Part shown: piece by piece, positions 10,842-21,354 of the stretch
How positions within the stretch are numbered: the first letter of the stretch is position 1
Layout of the letters: every line of letters starts with the position of its first letter
Source: an uncultured Aquimarina sp.
Lineage (GTDB): Bacteria > Bacteroidota > Bacteroidia > Flavobacteriales > Flavobacteriaceae
Direction of reading: 5' to 3'
Length of the DNA: 64,000 nucleotides
Assembly: GCA_947500545.1 (NCBI GenBank)
Contig: CANMSO010000013.1
Span: 24,491 to 88,490, forward strand
Notes under the pieces: generated by a model
What the model was told of the DNA's origin: nothing
The model's input: the letters and a program-made list of their open reading frames with translations, nothing else
The model's database searches: none
Position numbers and translations under genes: made by a program

Positions 10842-11634
10842 ATTTTAAAATTTGTAAAAATCCATATAAAAACGGGCTGGCAAATATAACACTGTCTAAC
10901 CGATCATAAATCCCTCCATGTCCTGGCATTATTGCACCACTATCTTTTACACCGGCCTGTCTTTTAAACTTAGATTGTATCAAATCACCCAGTGTACCAA
11001 AAATACTCATAATTATGCTTATAATCAACCAAATAGTAATAGATAAAGTGTGCGATAAAATTGCAATCAAGTAGCCAGCTAAAATCGAGAATATAAAACC
11101 ACCAACAAATCCTTCAATAGTTTTCTTTGGAGATATTCGTTCAAGGAGCTTGTGCTTGCCAAAGTTTTTTCCAACTAAATAGGCAAAAGTATCATTGGTC
11201 CAAGTAATTAGAAATGCTCCGGCAATAATCAAAGGCTGATATTCTCCCGAATAATTAGGAATTAGAGTTAAGAAAACGATGGCCGAGATTAGATAAAAAA
11301 TACTAGTACGGTATTTTCGTTTTTCAAACATCGGAATTATTCTAATGGTAACCAGATCCTTCACCAAAAATAACTCTGTAATAACGGTTAAAATTAGTAT
11401 TGGCAGTATAAGATAAACTTGGTCTTGAAATATGTTTAATGATACTAAAAGAACAATAAATATAGCATATAGTCTTTTATTGTTGAGGTGAATTAATTTT
11501 TGAAATTCAAAAATAGAAATCATCCCAAAAACAAGAAATACTCCAACAAAAGTATATTTTGAAACAAATATTGATACTAGTAATATTGAGACGTATAAAA
11601 ACCCCGATAAAGACCTTGTGAGCAGTTCTTTCAT
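10831..11634 (-). CDS. cdsA: Phosphatidate cytidylyltransferase
   Basis: Multi-TM; DTFAYLVG, ISPKKTIEG, KRQAGVKDSGAIMPGHGGIYDRLDS. Confidence 0.96.
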   Translation of the reverse strand: MKELLTRSLSGFLYVSILLVSIFVSKYTFVGVFLVFGMISIFEFQKLIHLNNKRLYAIFIVLLVSLNIFQDQVYLILPILILTVITELFLVKDLVTIRIIPMFEKRKYRTSIFYLISAIVFLTLIPNYSGEYQPLIIAGAFLITWTNDTFAYLVGKNFGKHKLLERISPKKTIEGFVGGFIFSILAGYLIAILSHTLSITIWLIISIIMSIFGTLGDLIQSKFKRQAGVKDSGAIMPGHGGIYDRLDSVIFASPFLYGFLQILKYVS

Positions 11635-11635
11635 A

Positions 11636-12247
11636 TTATAAATCTTCCAAGAGGAGCAAATATAGATTTTTTGAACTACTTCCGTAGCTTAAGAAATCCT
11701 TTTCTTTTTGCGGTTCAAAGTCTTTTATAGTAGTGATGTTTGAAGGAATTGAATTTTTATTTTTATTTTTTATTCCCTTTAATCCTTCGCCAATACTCTT
11801 AACCAATTGACTAGTAGCTGCTAAAATCACAAAATTATCAGGTAACTCGGTCAGTTTTTTTCCTCTAAGTTGATTTGATGAAACTAATATTGCTCCGCTA
11901 TCAGCAATTAAATATTCACAGGTTGCAAAAAAGAAGGATGCAGAAGAATTTTTAACAAAATTAAGATTGAACCCTGAAAACTTGTGTTCTAATCCAATGT
12001 CAAAAGAACAAACGTCTTTTTCATACCAATCATTTTCCAATAGAATTTTGTCAAAAGAATCCAAAACTTCATTATCAGTGTCGCAATAAAGAAATTTACC
12101 TCCATTTCTTTTGAAATTCATCATAAAGCTTTCGTCAATCGGCAGATCGATTTCAGGCATATATTTACTACGATCATCTATAAGACGTTCCTTACTCTTT
12201 TGGTCTGATTTAGATTTTGAGGAAAATATTCTTCTAAATAGACTCAT
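11636..12247 (-). CDS. LUD-domain (LutC/YkgG-like) protein
   Basis: CEYLIADSGAILV and LTELPDNFVILA match the LUD pattern. Confidence 0.75.
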   Translation of the reverse strand: MSLFRRIFSSKSKSDQKSKERLIDDRSKYMPEIDLPIDESFMMNFKRNGGKFLYCDTDNEVLDSFDKILLENDWYEKDVCSFDIGLEHKFSGFNLNFVKNSSASFFFATCEYLIADSGAILVSSNQLRGKKLTELPDNFVILAATSQLVKSIGEGLKGIKNKNKNSIPSNITTIKDFEPQKEKDFLSYGSSSKNLYLLLLEDL

Positions 12248-12296
12248 TTTTTAGATTAAGATTGGGGGATTACGGTTTTACATTACCTCCAAAGAT

Positions 12297-12337
12297 AAAA
12301 AAAATCTTAACCTAATATTCTGTTAGGTTAAGATTTT
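12297..12337 (-). terminator. Intrinsic terminator after ftsH
   Basis: 15-bp inverted repeat AAAATCTTAACCTAA / TTAGGTTAAGATTTT with a U-run on the minus strand. Confidence 0.75.
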
Positions 12338-12363
12338 TCAATTTACAAGTAAAAATATATAAA

Positions 12364-14316
12364 TTAAGATGGTTCTTTAACGATCTCTTCTTCCTTTTTA
12401 CCAAATGGTCTTTCACCAAATATTTTTTCTAAGTTATCTTTGAAGATTACTTCTTTTTCTAATAATACTTCGGCAAGTTCAGTAAGCTTATCCTTGTGCT
12501 TTTCTAATAATTGGATTGCACGTTGGTATTGCTCTTCTATAATGTTAGAGATTTCTTTGTCAATAAGTTCGCTAGTTTGCTCACTGTAAGGTTTTGCAAA
12601 ATTATATTCACTTTGTCCTGAAGAATCGTAATATGTTAGGTTTCCAATCTTGTCGTTCAAACCATAAATGGTTACCATAGCTCTGGCTTGCTTAGTTACT
12701 TTTTCCAAGTCACTAAGTGCACCCGTAGAAATTTCATTAAATATTACTTTCTCTGCAGCTCTACCTCCTAATGCAGCACACATTTCATCAAGCATTTGGT
12801 TTGGTCTTACAATAAGTCTTTCTTCTGGAAGATACCATGCGGCTCCAAGAGATTGCCCTCTAGGTACAATAGTTACTTTTACTAGTGGTGCGGCGTGTTC
12901 CAACATCCAGCTTACAGTTGCATGACCAGCTTCATGAAAAGCAATTGCACGTTTTTCTGCAGGGGTAATGATTTTATTCTTTTTCTCTAATCCTCCTACA
13001 ATTCTGTCTACAGCATCAAGGAAATCTTGTTTGCCAACCGCTTTATTACCTTTTCTGGCGGCAATTAGAGCTGCTTCATTACATACATTGGCGATATCAG
13101 CACCAGAGAATCCCGGAGTTTGCTTTGCCATGAATTCAGTATCTAGTTCACCATCAACCTTTTTTAATGGTTTTAAATGAACATCAAAAATTTCTTTACG
13201 CTCACGAATATCAGGTAAATCTACATATATCTGTCGGTCAAAACGACCAGCACGTAATAATGCTTTATCAAGAACATCAGCTCGGTTGGTAGCTGCAATT
13301 ACAATTACATTGGTATTTGTGCCAAAACCATCCATTTCTGTAAGAAGCTGATTTAATGTATTTTCTCTTTCATCATTAGATCCAGAAAAATTACTTTTTC
13401 CTCTTGCTCTACCTACAGCATCTATTTCATCAATAAAAATAATGGCAGGAGATTTTTCTTTAGCTTGTTTGAACAGGTCTCTAACTCTGGAAGCTCCTAC
13501 ACCTACAAACATTTCTACGAAATCAGATCCTGATAGAGAGAAGAAAGGTACTTTGGCTTCACCTGCAACAGCTTTAGCTAATAACGTTTTACCTGTTCCC
13601 GGAGGTCCTACTAACAAGGCTCCTTTAGGTATTTTACCACCTAAAGAAGTGTATTTTTCGGGGTTCTTCAGGAAATCAACGATTTCTTGCACTTCTTCTT
13701 TTGCTCCTTCAAGACCAGCTACATTTTCAAAAGAAACTTTTACTTCTGTATTTTGATCAAAAAGTTTTGCTTTAGACTTACCAATATTAAAGATTTGTCC
13801 TCCAGCACCACCTCCTGAGCCACCACTCATTCTGCGCATAATGAATATCCAAACTCCAATGATCAAAGCAAAGGGTAGTAGTGTAACAAAAACTTCACCC
13901 CATAAATTACTTTCGGTATCGTAATTTACCTGTGTACTTAATCCATTCTCGCTTTTTATTTGAGCAATTTTGTTTTCAAAGTTTTGTAAATCTCCAAATT
14001 CAAATTGATAATCGGGGTCATTAGGACTAGCCGGTAAAATAGAATTAGGCTTGTTCTTTTGATGTTTATCCATGGACTTAGCCTCAGGAGTAAGAAAAAC
14101 CTTTGCTTGTCTGCGGTTAATAATTACTACTTTTTCTACTTCGCCACTACTTAGATAATCTTGAAACTCTGATGGAGATGTTGTTGGAGCAGATCCTAAA
14201 CTACTTCCTCCCATAAAGTTCAATGCTAAAAAACCAATAATGATTACTGCATAAATCCAATATGCACTAAATTTTGGTTTCTTATTAGGTTCAGGTTTTT
14301 TATTTTCTTTAGCCAT
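12364..14316 (-). CDS. ftsH: ATP-dependent zinc metalloprotease FtsH
   Basis: Two TM segments, [26 protein letters not shown]. Confidence 0.98.
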   Translation of the reverse strand: MAKENKKPEPNKKPKFSAYWIYAVIIIGFLALNFMGGSSLGSAPTTSPSEFQDYLSSGEVEKVVIINRRQAKVFLTPEAKSMDKHQKNKPNSILPASPNDPDYQFEFGDLQNFENKIAQIKSENGLSTQVNYDTESNLWGEVFVTLLPFALIIGVWIFIMRRMSGGSGGGAGGQIFNIGKSKAKLFDQNTEVKVSFENVAGLEGAKEEVQEIVDFLKNPEKYTSLGGKIPKGALLVGPPGTGKTLLAKAVAGEAKVPFFSLSGSDFVEMFVGVGASRVRDLFKQAKEKSPAIIFIDEIDAVGRARGKSNFSGSNDERENTLNQLLTEMDGFGTNTNVIVIAATNRADVLDKALLRAGRFDRQIYVDLPDIRERKEIFDVHLKPLKKVDGELDTEFMAKQTPGFSGADIANVCNEAALIAARKGNKAVGKQDFLDAVDRIVGGLEKKNKIITPAEKRAIAFHEAGHATVSWMLEHAAPLVKVTIVPRGQSLGAAWYLPEERLIVRPNQMLDEMCAALGGRAAEKVIFNEISTGALSDLEKVTKQARAMVTIYGLNDKIGNLTYYDSSGQSEYNFAKPYSEQTSELIDKEISNIIEEQYQRAIQLLEKHKDKLTELAEVLLEKEVIFKDNLEKIFGERPFGKKEEEIVKEPS

Positions 14317-14329
14317 TTACGGTTTTCTT

Positions 14330-14701
14330 TTAATAATTTGTTTCGATAGCTGTTGTTTTTGCATCTCCCCAAAGTCCTTCGATATCATAGAATTCTCTTA
14401 TGTGCTTTTGAAAAACGTGTACTACCACATTTACATAATCAATTAATACCCACTCGGCATTCTCGCTACCTTCAACATGCCAAGGTTTGTCTTTAAGTTC
14501 TTTGCTTACAGTTTTTTGGATAGAATTAACTATTGCATTTACTTGAGTATTAGAAGTTCCGTTGCAGATTACAAAGTAATTACATACCGTATTTTCGATA
14601 TCTCTTAAATCAAGAATATTAATATCATTACCTTTTACTTCTTCAATACCTTTTATAATTTGAGTTATTAATTGATCAGTACTGATTTCTTTTTTAGTCA
14701 T
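14330..14701 (-). CDS. rsfS: Ribosome silencing factor
   Basis: KGNDINILDL, YFVICNG, WVLIDY.VVHVF, FYDIEGLW. Confidence 0.95.
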   Translation of the reverse strand: MTKKEISTDQLITQIIKGIEEVKGNDINILDLRDIENTVCNYFVICNGTSNTQVNAIVNSIQKTVSKELKDKPWHVEGSENAEWVLIDYVNVVVHVFQKHIREFYDIEGLWGDAKTTAIETNY

Positions 14702-14790
14702 GCATTTTTTTAATTTGTGTAAAGTTATTACTTTTTATCATTTTAATGTCCGTATTATTCGGACATTTATGAAACTTTTACACCTTTTGC

Positions 14791-15522
14791 ATGGATATAA
14801 TCAAAGTTGATGCCATTGACTCTACAAATACTTTTCTTCGAGACCTAAATCGGGAAAAACCTTTTATTGATTCTGTTTGCGTAATAGCAAGAGAACAACT
14901 TGCAGGTAAAGGACAAATGGGGACTGTTTGGCAAAGTAATCCGGGTGAAAACCTTACTTGTAGTGTGTTTATGAAGATTTGTGGTTTAGAACTAATGGAT
15001 CAATTCTATATTTCAATAGCTGTTTCTTTAGCTGTTTATGATGCCTTGAATGATATAATGATGCCAAAATTATCTATTAAATGGCCTAACGACATTCTGT
15101 CAGATAGAAAAAAAATATGTGGAGTTTTAATAGAAAATGTTGTCAAAAATGGCAGTTTGCTTGGTGCTATTATCGGAATAGGTATGAATATTAATCAAAC
15201 CAAATTCAAGGAGCTCCCTCAGGCAGGGTCGGTAAAACAAATTTTAGGTCAAAGTTTTGAGATTGAAGAAGTTTTATCTTTGCTGATTGCAAAATTAGAA
15301 AAGCGATTCTCTGAGTTGAAAACTTCTAATTTTCAGTACTTAAAAAGAGAATATGAATCCCGTCTTTTTAGAAAAAATAAACCCTCTACATTTTTAGATG
15401 TAAAGGGTGATTCTTTTATAGGATTCATTCAGTCTGTTACTGAAGAAGGTAGATTGCAAGTTTTACTAGAAGATGAAATTATTACGGATTTCGATCTAAA
15501 AGAAATCAAGCTATTGTACTAG
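14791..15522 (+). CDS. birA: Biotin--protein ligase without an N-terminal HTH
   Basis: DSTN, QLAGKGQ, IKWPNDI, KKICGVL. Confidence 0.93.
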   Translation: MDIIKVDAIDSTNTFLRDLNREKPFIDSVCVIAREQLAGKGQMGTVWQSNPGENLTCSVFMKICGLELMDQFYISIAVSLAVYDALNDIMMPKLSIKWPNDILSDRKKICGVLIENVVKNGSLLGAIIGIGMNINQTKFKELPQAGSVKQILGQSFEIEEVLSLLIAKLEKRFSELKTSNFQYLKREYESRLFRKNKPSTFLDVKGDSFIGFIQSVTEEGRLQVLLEDEIITDFDLKEIKLLY

Positions 15523-15523
15523 A

Positions 15524-15916
15524 TTATAGTTTTCCTATATTTTCACTAAGTGTGTTTATAAAATTTTGAATTGGATTTTTGATCATCATTGCCATCATTG
15601 CATTAAATTCACCATCAAAAGTAAGTTTTGCAGTGCTTTTTCCATCCTCGGTGCTTGTAATGTCGGCTTTTAGTGTAAAAGGAAGTTTGTCGCTTGCAGC
15701 TCCCAGTACTACTTGACTAGAAGGGGTATTTTCTTTTTGATCAAGTACTAGTTCTGGCATTCCCTTTAATTGAAAAAGAAATCTTGAGTCACTTATTTTT
15801 TCAAATTTTTGCTTGCTCTCTGGCATAAGTTGCTCAAAATTTTCAACTTTTGTTAAAAATTCAAACACTTCTTCTGCAGTTTTATTTACACTTACAGTAG
15901 GGCTTTCTAGATTCAT
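15524..15916 (-). CDS. SRPBCC/START-like protein
   Basis: EEVFEFL...NFEQLMPE; CoxG-like size and pattern. Confidence 0.7.
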   Translation of the reverse strand: MNLESPTVSVNKTAEEVFEFLTKVENFEQLMPESKQKFEKISDSRFLFQLKGMPELVLDQKENTPSSQVVLGAASDKLPFTLKADITSTEDGKSTAKLTFDGEFNAMMAMMIKNPIQNFINTLSENIGKL

Positions 15917-15931
15917 AATGTTATTTAATTG

Positions 15932-16573
15932 TTATATATTCCATTCTGCCGGATTTGTCCTCCAACTTTGTAATGTTTCTTGTTGTTCCTTTGTGATATA
16001 ACCAGTATCCATGGCTTGTTCTAGAAGGTTTTCATAATTGCTTAAAGTATGCAAAGATAATGCCGCATCTTTAAAGTTTTGATCAGCAATATCAAACCCG
16101 TAATTAAAGATGGCTACCATACCTTTTACATTGGCATTAGCTTCTTTTATGGCTTTGACAGCATTAAGGCTGCTTTTTCCTGTACTAATTAGATCTTCTA
16201 CAACAACTACATTTTTATTAGTTGGCACGATACCTTCAATTTGATTTTGTCTACCATGCTTTTTTGCTTCCGGTCGAACGTAGATGAATGGAAGATCAAG
16301 AGTTTCTGCAACCAACATACCAATACCAATGGCCCCAGTGGCTACACCAGCAATTACATCTGGTTTTCCATATTCAGTTACGATGAATTTTGCAAGATTT
16401 TCTTTTAGGTACTTTCTTATCTCTGGATATGACAGCGTAATACGATTGTCACAATAGATAGGAGATTTCCATCCTGATGCCCAGGTAAACGGTTCTTGTG
16501 GTTGTAATTTAATTGCATTAATTTGCAGTAGTAGTTCAGCAGTTTTTTTTGCTGTATCTTTATCAAAAATCAT
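15932..16573 (-). CDS. pyrE: Orotate phosphoribosyltransferase
   Basis: WASGWKSPIYCD and VVVEDLISTG (PRPP site). ATG 16573 preferred. Confidence 0.96.
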   Translation of the reverse strand: MIFDKDTAKKTAELLLQINAIKLQPQEPFTWASGWKSPIYCDNRITLSYPEIRKYLKENLAKFIVTEYGKPDVIAGVATGAIGIGMLVAETLDLPFIYVRPEAKKHGRQNQIEGIVPTNKNVVVVEDLISTGKSSLNAVKAIKEANANVKGMVAIFNYGFDIADQNFKDAALSLHTLSNYENLLEQAMDTGYITKEQQETLQSWRTNPAEWNI

Positions 16574-16578
16574 AGTTG

Positions 16579-16586
16579 CAAATGTA
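16579..16586 (-). promoter_or_regulatory. -7 box of pyrE overlapping the NUDIX start codon
   Basis: Minus strand TACATTTG ends 5 nt before the pyrE ATG. Confidence 0.6.
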
Positions 16587-17190
16587 TAAAGTTTTTGTGA
16601 ATAATACACCTATTATTCTGTCTACAAAAAAGGCTATTGATGGGTATGAAACAATTCATATCAAAGAGGCTGACTTTCCAACAATTATTAGAGATGTTCT
16701 TAGTAAAGAATCAAATGACGAGGAAGCAAAATATCATCTGTATCATAAAAAGGAAGATAAACTAATTGATCACTTGTACAGAAAATTACCAGTTGTAGTT
16801 GCTGGTGGTGGAAAGGCCTATAATGGAGAAAAAGAAATTCTTTTTATTAAACGTAATGGAAAATGGGATTTGCCTAAAGGGAAGATAGAAAAGAATGAGC
16901 ATATAGAAACAGCTGCGATTAGAGAAGTGGAAGAAGAAACTGGTGTTACGGGGCTTGAAATTACCAAGTTTTTATACAAAACTTTTCATGTGTTTAAGCG
17001 TAACGGAGAGTTTCGATTGAAAGTTACGTATTGGTTCGAAATGAAAACAGAGTTTGAAGGTGAGTTAGTGCCTCAAAAAGATGAAGGAATTACCAAGGTG
17101 AAATGGAAGAATAAGAAAAAATCTAAAAAAGCGCTGATCAATTCTTACGCAAATATCAAAAAGCTTTTTTCACACGATTACTTGTCGTAG
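16582..17190 (+). CDS. NUDIX hydrolase
   Basis: Nudix box GKIEKNEHIETAAIREVEEETGV. Confidence 0.92.
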   Translation: MYKVFVNNTPIILSTKKAIDGYETIHIKEADFPTIIRDVLSKESNDEEAKYHLYHKKEDKLIDHLYRKLPVVVAGGGKAYNGEKEILFIKRNGKWDLPKGKIEKNEHIETAAIREVEEETGVTGLEITKFLYKTFHVFKRNGEFRLKVTYWFEMKTEFEGELVPQKDEGITKVKWKNKKKSKKALINSYANIKKLFSHDYLS

Positions 17191-17216
17191 TCCAATTTTG
17201 TTTTCAAATCAGGATC

Positions 17217-17801
17217 ATGAAAAAAATGTTTAAAGTATTCTTATGTATTGCTTTTGTAATCATTTATTCTCAGCAATCAAATGGTCAAGGGGGAATTCAA
17301 ACCATTACTTTTAATTATGATGGACCAGGGCATTTAGTGCAGCCAAACTATCGTGAAATCAATATCACAATAGAAAGAGTGAGAAACTATTTTGAAATTA
17401 ATGTATATACTGATAGTAAAGGTTCTCTTGATTTGGTGATGATAGAAGCGCGACGAAGAGCTCTTGAAGCAGCTCGAAATCGAGAAGACTCAATTAAGTT
17501 CTTAGAAAAGATGCCAGACGAAAAGATCGCCAAGCGGACATTTGAGATATCCAAAGAAGAGTTTGAAAACATAGTCCTATCTATTAATGAAATAAAGCCT
17601 TCAGAAATTTCTAAGGATTTTGGAAAGAAATTTATTCACGGATACTCTTGTGAAATACAGTTTGGAGATGGATATAATTATATTACGTATCATGTCCATT
17701 CCCCTGGTGTTAAAGGTAAAAAACGAGGGAATCCTAATTTTTCAAAGGCTTGCAGGTTAATCCTCGAAGCAGCCGGGATAAAACCCAGAAAAGCATTATA
17801 A
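17217..17801 (+). CDS. Hypothetical secreted protein
   Basis: Signal-peptide-like N-terminus; no family recognised. Confidence 0.7.
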   Translation: MKKMFKVFLCIAFVIIYSQQSNGQGGIQTITFNYDGPGHLVQPNYREINITIERVRNYFEINVYTDSKGSLDLVMIEARRRALEAARNREDSIKFLEKMPDEKIAKRTFEISKEEFENIVLSINEIKPSEISKDFGKKFIHGYSCEIQFGDGYNYITYHVHSPGVKGKKRGNPNFSKACRLILEAAGIKPRKAL

Positions 17802-17818
17802 GACGGATTACTTTAGAA

Positions 17819-19564
17819 TTACCTCAAAACCCTATACACAGGGTAACGCATATGAGCATTTTCGTAGTTGTCAGACTGCTTGTGAATCCAATCTAATTGT
17901 GCGTACCAATTGTTAGCAAAAACGGTGTCTTTTTTCTTTTCTTCAAATTTTGCCTTTAATTCTTTATCCTGAGTTAATAATTCAAGTGCTTTATCTTCCC
18001 AAACATATGGCGAAAACCCTTCTTTTTGTTGTAAAATAGTATCAAAAAAGTTCCAGTTGAAAAACGAATCCGGTGCCTCAGGCTCTAAAGTTTCCATAAG
18101 ATATCTAAACCCTTTTTGATCTGTAGGTATAATAATGTCTCCTTTTTTGAAAGTGATTCGCTCTCTACTTTTCTTTACAGAAGTTTTATAATGCAAGTAA
18201 TGCCCTTCATAAGGCGTTTTTCGACTTTTATATTCAGCTATATGATAAGTTTCAACGATCATGGTCGAATCTTTTTCCAAAGTGTTAAACTCGATTTGAT
18301 TCAGTTTTAATAGCTCAATCACATTCCACCACCCTTGCGGAATGATATAAGCTTTAGGAATAGTAATATCTGTTGTTGAAGTAAAATAATTTTGATATTT
18401 AACTTCTTTAGAATATGGTTTATCCTGATCATATTTGAGTCGTTTTGCTCCAGTAATTTTGCTGTCGATAAACGCTCCATCATAACCTTTGAAATTAAAC
18501 TTAGTAACTCGTGAAGTGTCAATTTTCCAATTTACGGCATACGTTCCTCGTTTGGTAATATCAGAAAATGCTTTTTCACGAAGGGATTTTATTTTCTCTC
18601 CATCTTTTTCAGTGATTTCAATCATAGATTTCATTAGTTCGTAGGTGCTTATAACTCTATCTTGATAAGGTTTTAACATGTGAGTTTCGACCATCATTCC
18701 CAGTGTATTCCAAAGGGTAGTATAGCCTGTTGAATATCTCGGTGAATCCATAAATTGTACCCAGCCTTTATCGGGTGTTGTACCCCAAACATTAACATAA
18801 GGAGTGATATCCCATTTTTTTGAGGCCAGTGAAGCTTCCAGTTGCGGATGCATTTCATTGTGTAAATAATTGCCTAAATCACTTCCCAGTTTATTATGTT
18901 GAGTAAATAAATGTGTTAAAGTGTATTGATAATCGGCACCATTGCTTACATGATTATCGATAAAAACATCTGGTTGCACCAGATGAAATACTTTGGCAAA
19001 AGCTTTGGCATTTTTGGTATCATTCTTTATAAAATCTCTATTAAGATCATAATTACGTGAATTTCCTCTAAAACCATATTCCTTTGGACCATTTTGATTA
19101 GTTCTCGTGCCAGAATTTCGGTTTAGAGCTCCGCCAATATTATATACAGGAATAGCAACAAGAACAGTGTTTTTAGGCATTTTTATTTCACCCTGAACAA
19201 GACCTCTAAACATCAACATTGTAGCATCAATACCATCGCTTTCTCCCGGATGTATACCATTATTGATAAGCAGAATTCTTTTGCTTTGTCTGATTTTGTC
19301 AAAATCAAATTCCCGATCAGGATTAAGTGTTACAATGTGTAAAGGATTTCCACTATCGGTCATTCCAATTTCCTTGATGCTTATTTCAGGATAAGCTTCT
19401 GCCAAGTTTTTATAATAAGTAATAACTTCAGGATAGGTTGGAGTTTCTGTTCCTTTGCTTTTTTCGAATGTAGTGGTGAAATCTATTTTGTTGGTGTTTT
19501 TCTTTTCAGTAGTGGTACAAGAAAAAACAGCTAGAAGGCTAAAAATGAATATAATTCTTTTCAT
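17819..19564 (-). CDS. M14-family zinc carboxypeptidase lipoprotein
   Basis: Lipobox LAVFSC; GIHPGE (HxxE), NYDLNRD, IDNH zinc ligands. Confidence 0.88.
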   Translation of the reverse strand: MKRIIFIFSLLAVFSCTTTEKKNTNKIDFTTTFEKSKGTETPTYPEVITYYKNLAEAYPEISIKEIGMTDSGNPLHIVTLNPDREFDFDKIRQSKRILLINNGIHPGESDGIDATMLMFRGLVQGEIKMPKNTVLVAIPVYNIGGALNRNSGTRTNQNGPKEYGFRGNSRNYDLNRDFIKNDTKNAKAFAKVFHLVQPDVFIDNHVSNGADYQYTLTHLFTQHNKLGSDLGNYLHNEMHPQLEASLASKKWDITPYVNVWGTTPDKGWVQFMDSPRYSTGYTTLWNTLGMMVETHMLKPYQDRVISTYELMKSMIEITEKDGEKIKSLREKAFSDITKRGTYAVNWKIDTSRVTKFNFKGYDGAFIDSKITGAKRLKYDQDKPYSKEVKYQNYFTSTTDITIPKAYIIPQGWWNVIELLKLNQIEFNTLEKDSTMIVETYHIAEYKSRKTPYEGHYLHYKTSVKKSRERITFKKGDIIIPTDQKGFRYLMETLEPEAPDSFFNWNFFDTILQQKEGFSPYVWEDKALELLTQDKELKAKFEEKKKDTVFANNWYAQLDWIHKQSDNYENAHMRYPVYRVLR

Positions 19565-19685
19565 GCATGTGCGAATAAGGTTTAAATATACTAAGTTTTA
19601 GAATTTATCGATCTTCTATAACGTTTTAGTTTGTGACTTGATTTAGATAGATATTCATTTTACTTGTCTTACTACAAAATAAACG

Positions 19686-19693
19686 TATTTTTG
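19686..19693 (+). promoter_or_regulatory. -7 box of the SulP gene
   Basis: TATTTTTG, 21 nt before ATG 19715. Confidence 0.6.
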
Positions 19694-19714
19694 CAGCCTC
19701 AAATACCATTGACT

Positions 19715-21313
19715 ATGACTGAGTTTGTAAGAAAAAGAGTGGCAAACGCCAAAAATGATATTTTATCGGGGCTAACGGTAGCGCTAGCTTTGGTGCCAGA
19801 AGCAGTTGCTTTTGCCTTTGTCGCGGGTGTTGATCCTTTGGTAGGGCTATACGCTGCATTTATGATTGGATTGATTACTTCAGTTTTTGGAGGCCGTCCA
19901 GGGATGATTTCTGGTGCTACAGGAGCATTAGCAGTGGTAATGGTAAGCTTGGTAGCCGAAGGAAATGCAATGGGAGCTCCTGGAGAAGAACTTGGCTTGT
20001 ATTATCTATTTGCAACGGTTATTCTTATGGGGATAATTCAAATGCTAGCAGGTGTTTTTAAACTTGGTAAGTTTGTTCGTTTAATTCCGCACCCGGTGAT
20101 GATGGGATTCGTAAATGGACTAGCGATTGTTATTTTTCTATCTCAATTGGGAATGTTCAAAGAATATGTGAACGGAGAAAAAGTATGGATGCAAGGAATG
20201 GGTCTATGGCTAACACTTGGATTAGTATTGCTAACAATGGCAATTATGTGGGGATTACCTAAACTAAAGGCAACTGCAAAACTCCCTGAAGCATTAATTG
20301 GGATTGCAGTAGTTTCGGCCATTGTGATTTTGGGCAAGTTAGATGTTGCCACCGTAGGTAGTTTTATTAAAGATGGAGGAGGGGAAGGTCTTAAAGGCGG
20401 ATTACCACAGTTTCAGTTTGATATTTTTAACAAAGTGCCTATGAGCTGGGAAACTTTCAAGTTTATTGGACCTTATGCTTTGATTCTGGCTGCAATTGGT
20501 TTAATTGAATCACTAATGACACTAAATCTGATTGATGAACTTACTGAAACTCGAGGGAACTCAAATAGAGAATGTTTAGCACAAGGTGGAGCTAATATTG
20601 TTACCGGTCTTTTTGGAGGAATGGGTGGTTGTGCAATGATTGGTCAATCTATAATCAATATAAAAGGAGGAGGTCGTACAAGACTTTCAGGTATTGTTGC
20701 CGCTGTAACACTACTGTTATTTATCTTATTTGCATCTGGACTGATCGAGCAAGTGCCTATTGCGGCCTTAGTTGGAGTAATGTTCATGGTAGTAATCGGA
20801 ACCTTTGCCTGGTCAAGTTTTAGAATCTTAAATAAAATACCTCTTACAGATGCTATTGTGTTAATAGCTGTATCTTCATTAACGGTGTTCTTTGATCTTG
20901 CGGTGGCGGTAATTGCAGGGGTGATTATGTCTGCATTGGCGTTTGCTTGGGAAAACGCCAAAAAAATTAGAGCAAGAAAACATATAAAAGAAGATGGAAC
21001 CAAAGTATACGAAATCTGGGGTCCATTGTTCTTTGGGAGTATACAAGCTTTTAATAGCAAGTTTGATGTTGCTAATGATCCAGAGAATGTAGAGATCGAT
21101 TTTATCGAATCTAGAGTGAGTGATCATTCTGCACTAGAAGCAATCTTTACCCTGGTTGGAAAGTATGAAGAAGCTGATAAAAAAGTTAGAATCAAGCATC
21201 TTAGCGAAGAATGCCAAGCATTAATGATAAAAGCTTCTCCTAGATTAGCGAACGTAATAGAACATGATGTAGATGATCCAAGATATCATGTAATGGCAAA
21301 AGCAATGCAATAA
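19715..21313 (+). CDS. SulP-family anion transporter with STAS domain
   Basis: LSGLTVALALVPEAVAFA, GRPGMISGATG, NRECLAQG, C-terminal GPLFFG STAS. Confidence 0.93.
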   Translation: MTEFVRKRVANAKNDILSGLTVALALVPEAVAFAFVAGVDPLVGLYAAFMIGLITSVFGGRPGMISGATGALAVVMVSLVAEGNAMGAPGEELGLYYLFATVILMGIIQMLAGVFKLGKFVRLIPHPVMMGFVNGLAIVIFLSQLGMFKEYVNGEKVWMQGMGLWLTLGLVLLTMAIMWGLPKLKATAKLPEALIGIAVVSAIVILGKLDVATVGSFIKDGGGEGLKGGLPQFQFDIFNKVPMSWETFKFIGPYALILAAIGLIESLMTLNLIDELTETRGNSNRECLAQGGANIVTGLFGGMGGCAMIGQSIINIKGGGRTRLSGIVAAVTLLLFILFASGLIEQVPIAALVGVMFMVVIGTFAWSSFRILNKIPLTDAIVLIAVSSLTVFFDLAVAVIAGVIMSALAFAWENAKKIRARKHIKEDGTKVYEIWGPLFFGSIQAFNSKFDVANDPENVEIDFIESRVSDHSALEAIFTLVGKYEEADKKVRIKHLSEECQALMIKASPRLANVIEHDVDDPRYHVMAKAMQ

Positions 21314-21354
21314 ATAAAACGTATATTTCGATTATAAATCGAATTAAATTATAA

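Noticed and set aside
14745-14767. BirA biotin operator
   Set aside because: It does not resemble the TGTAAACC-type operator, and this BirA has no DNA-binding domain.
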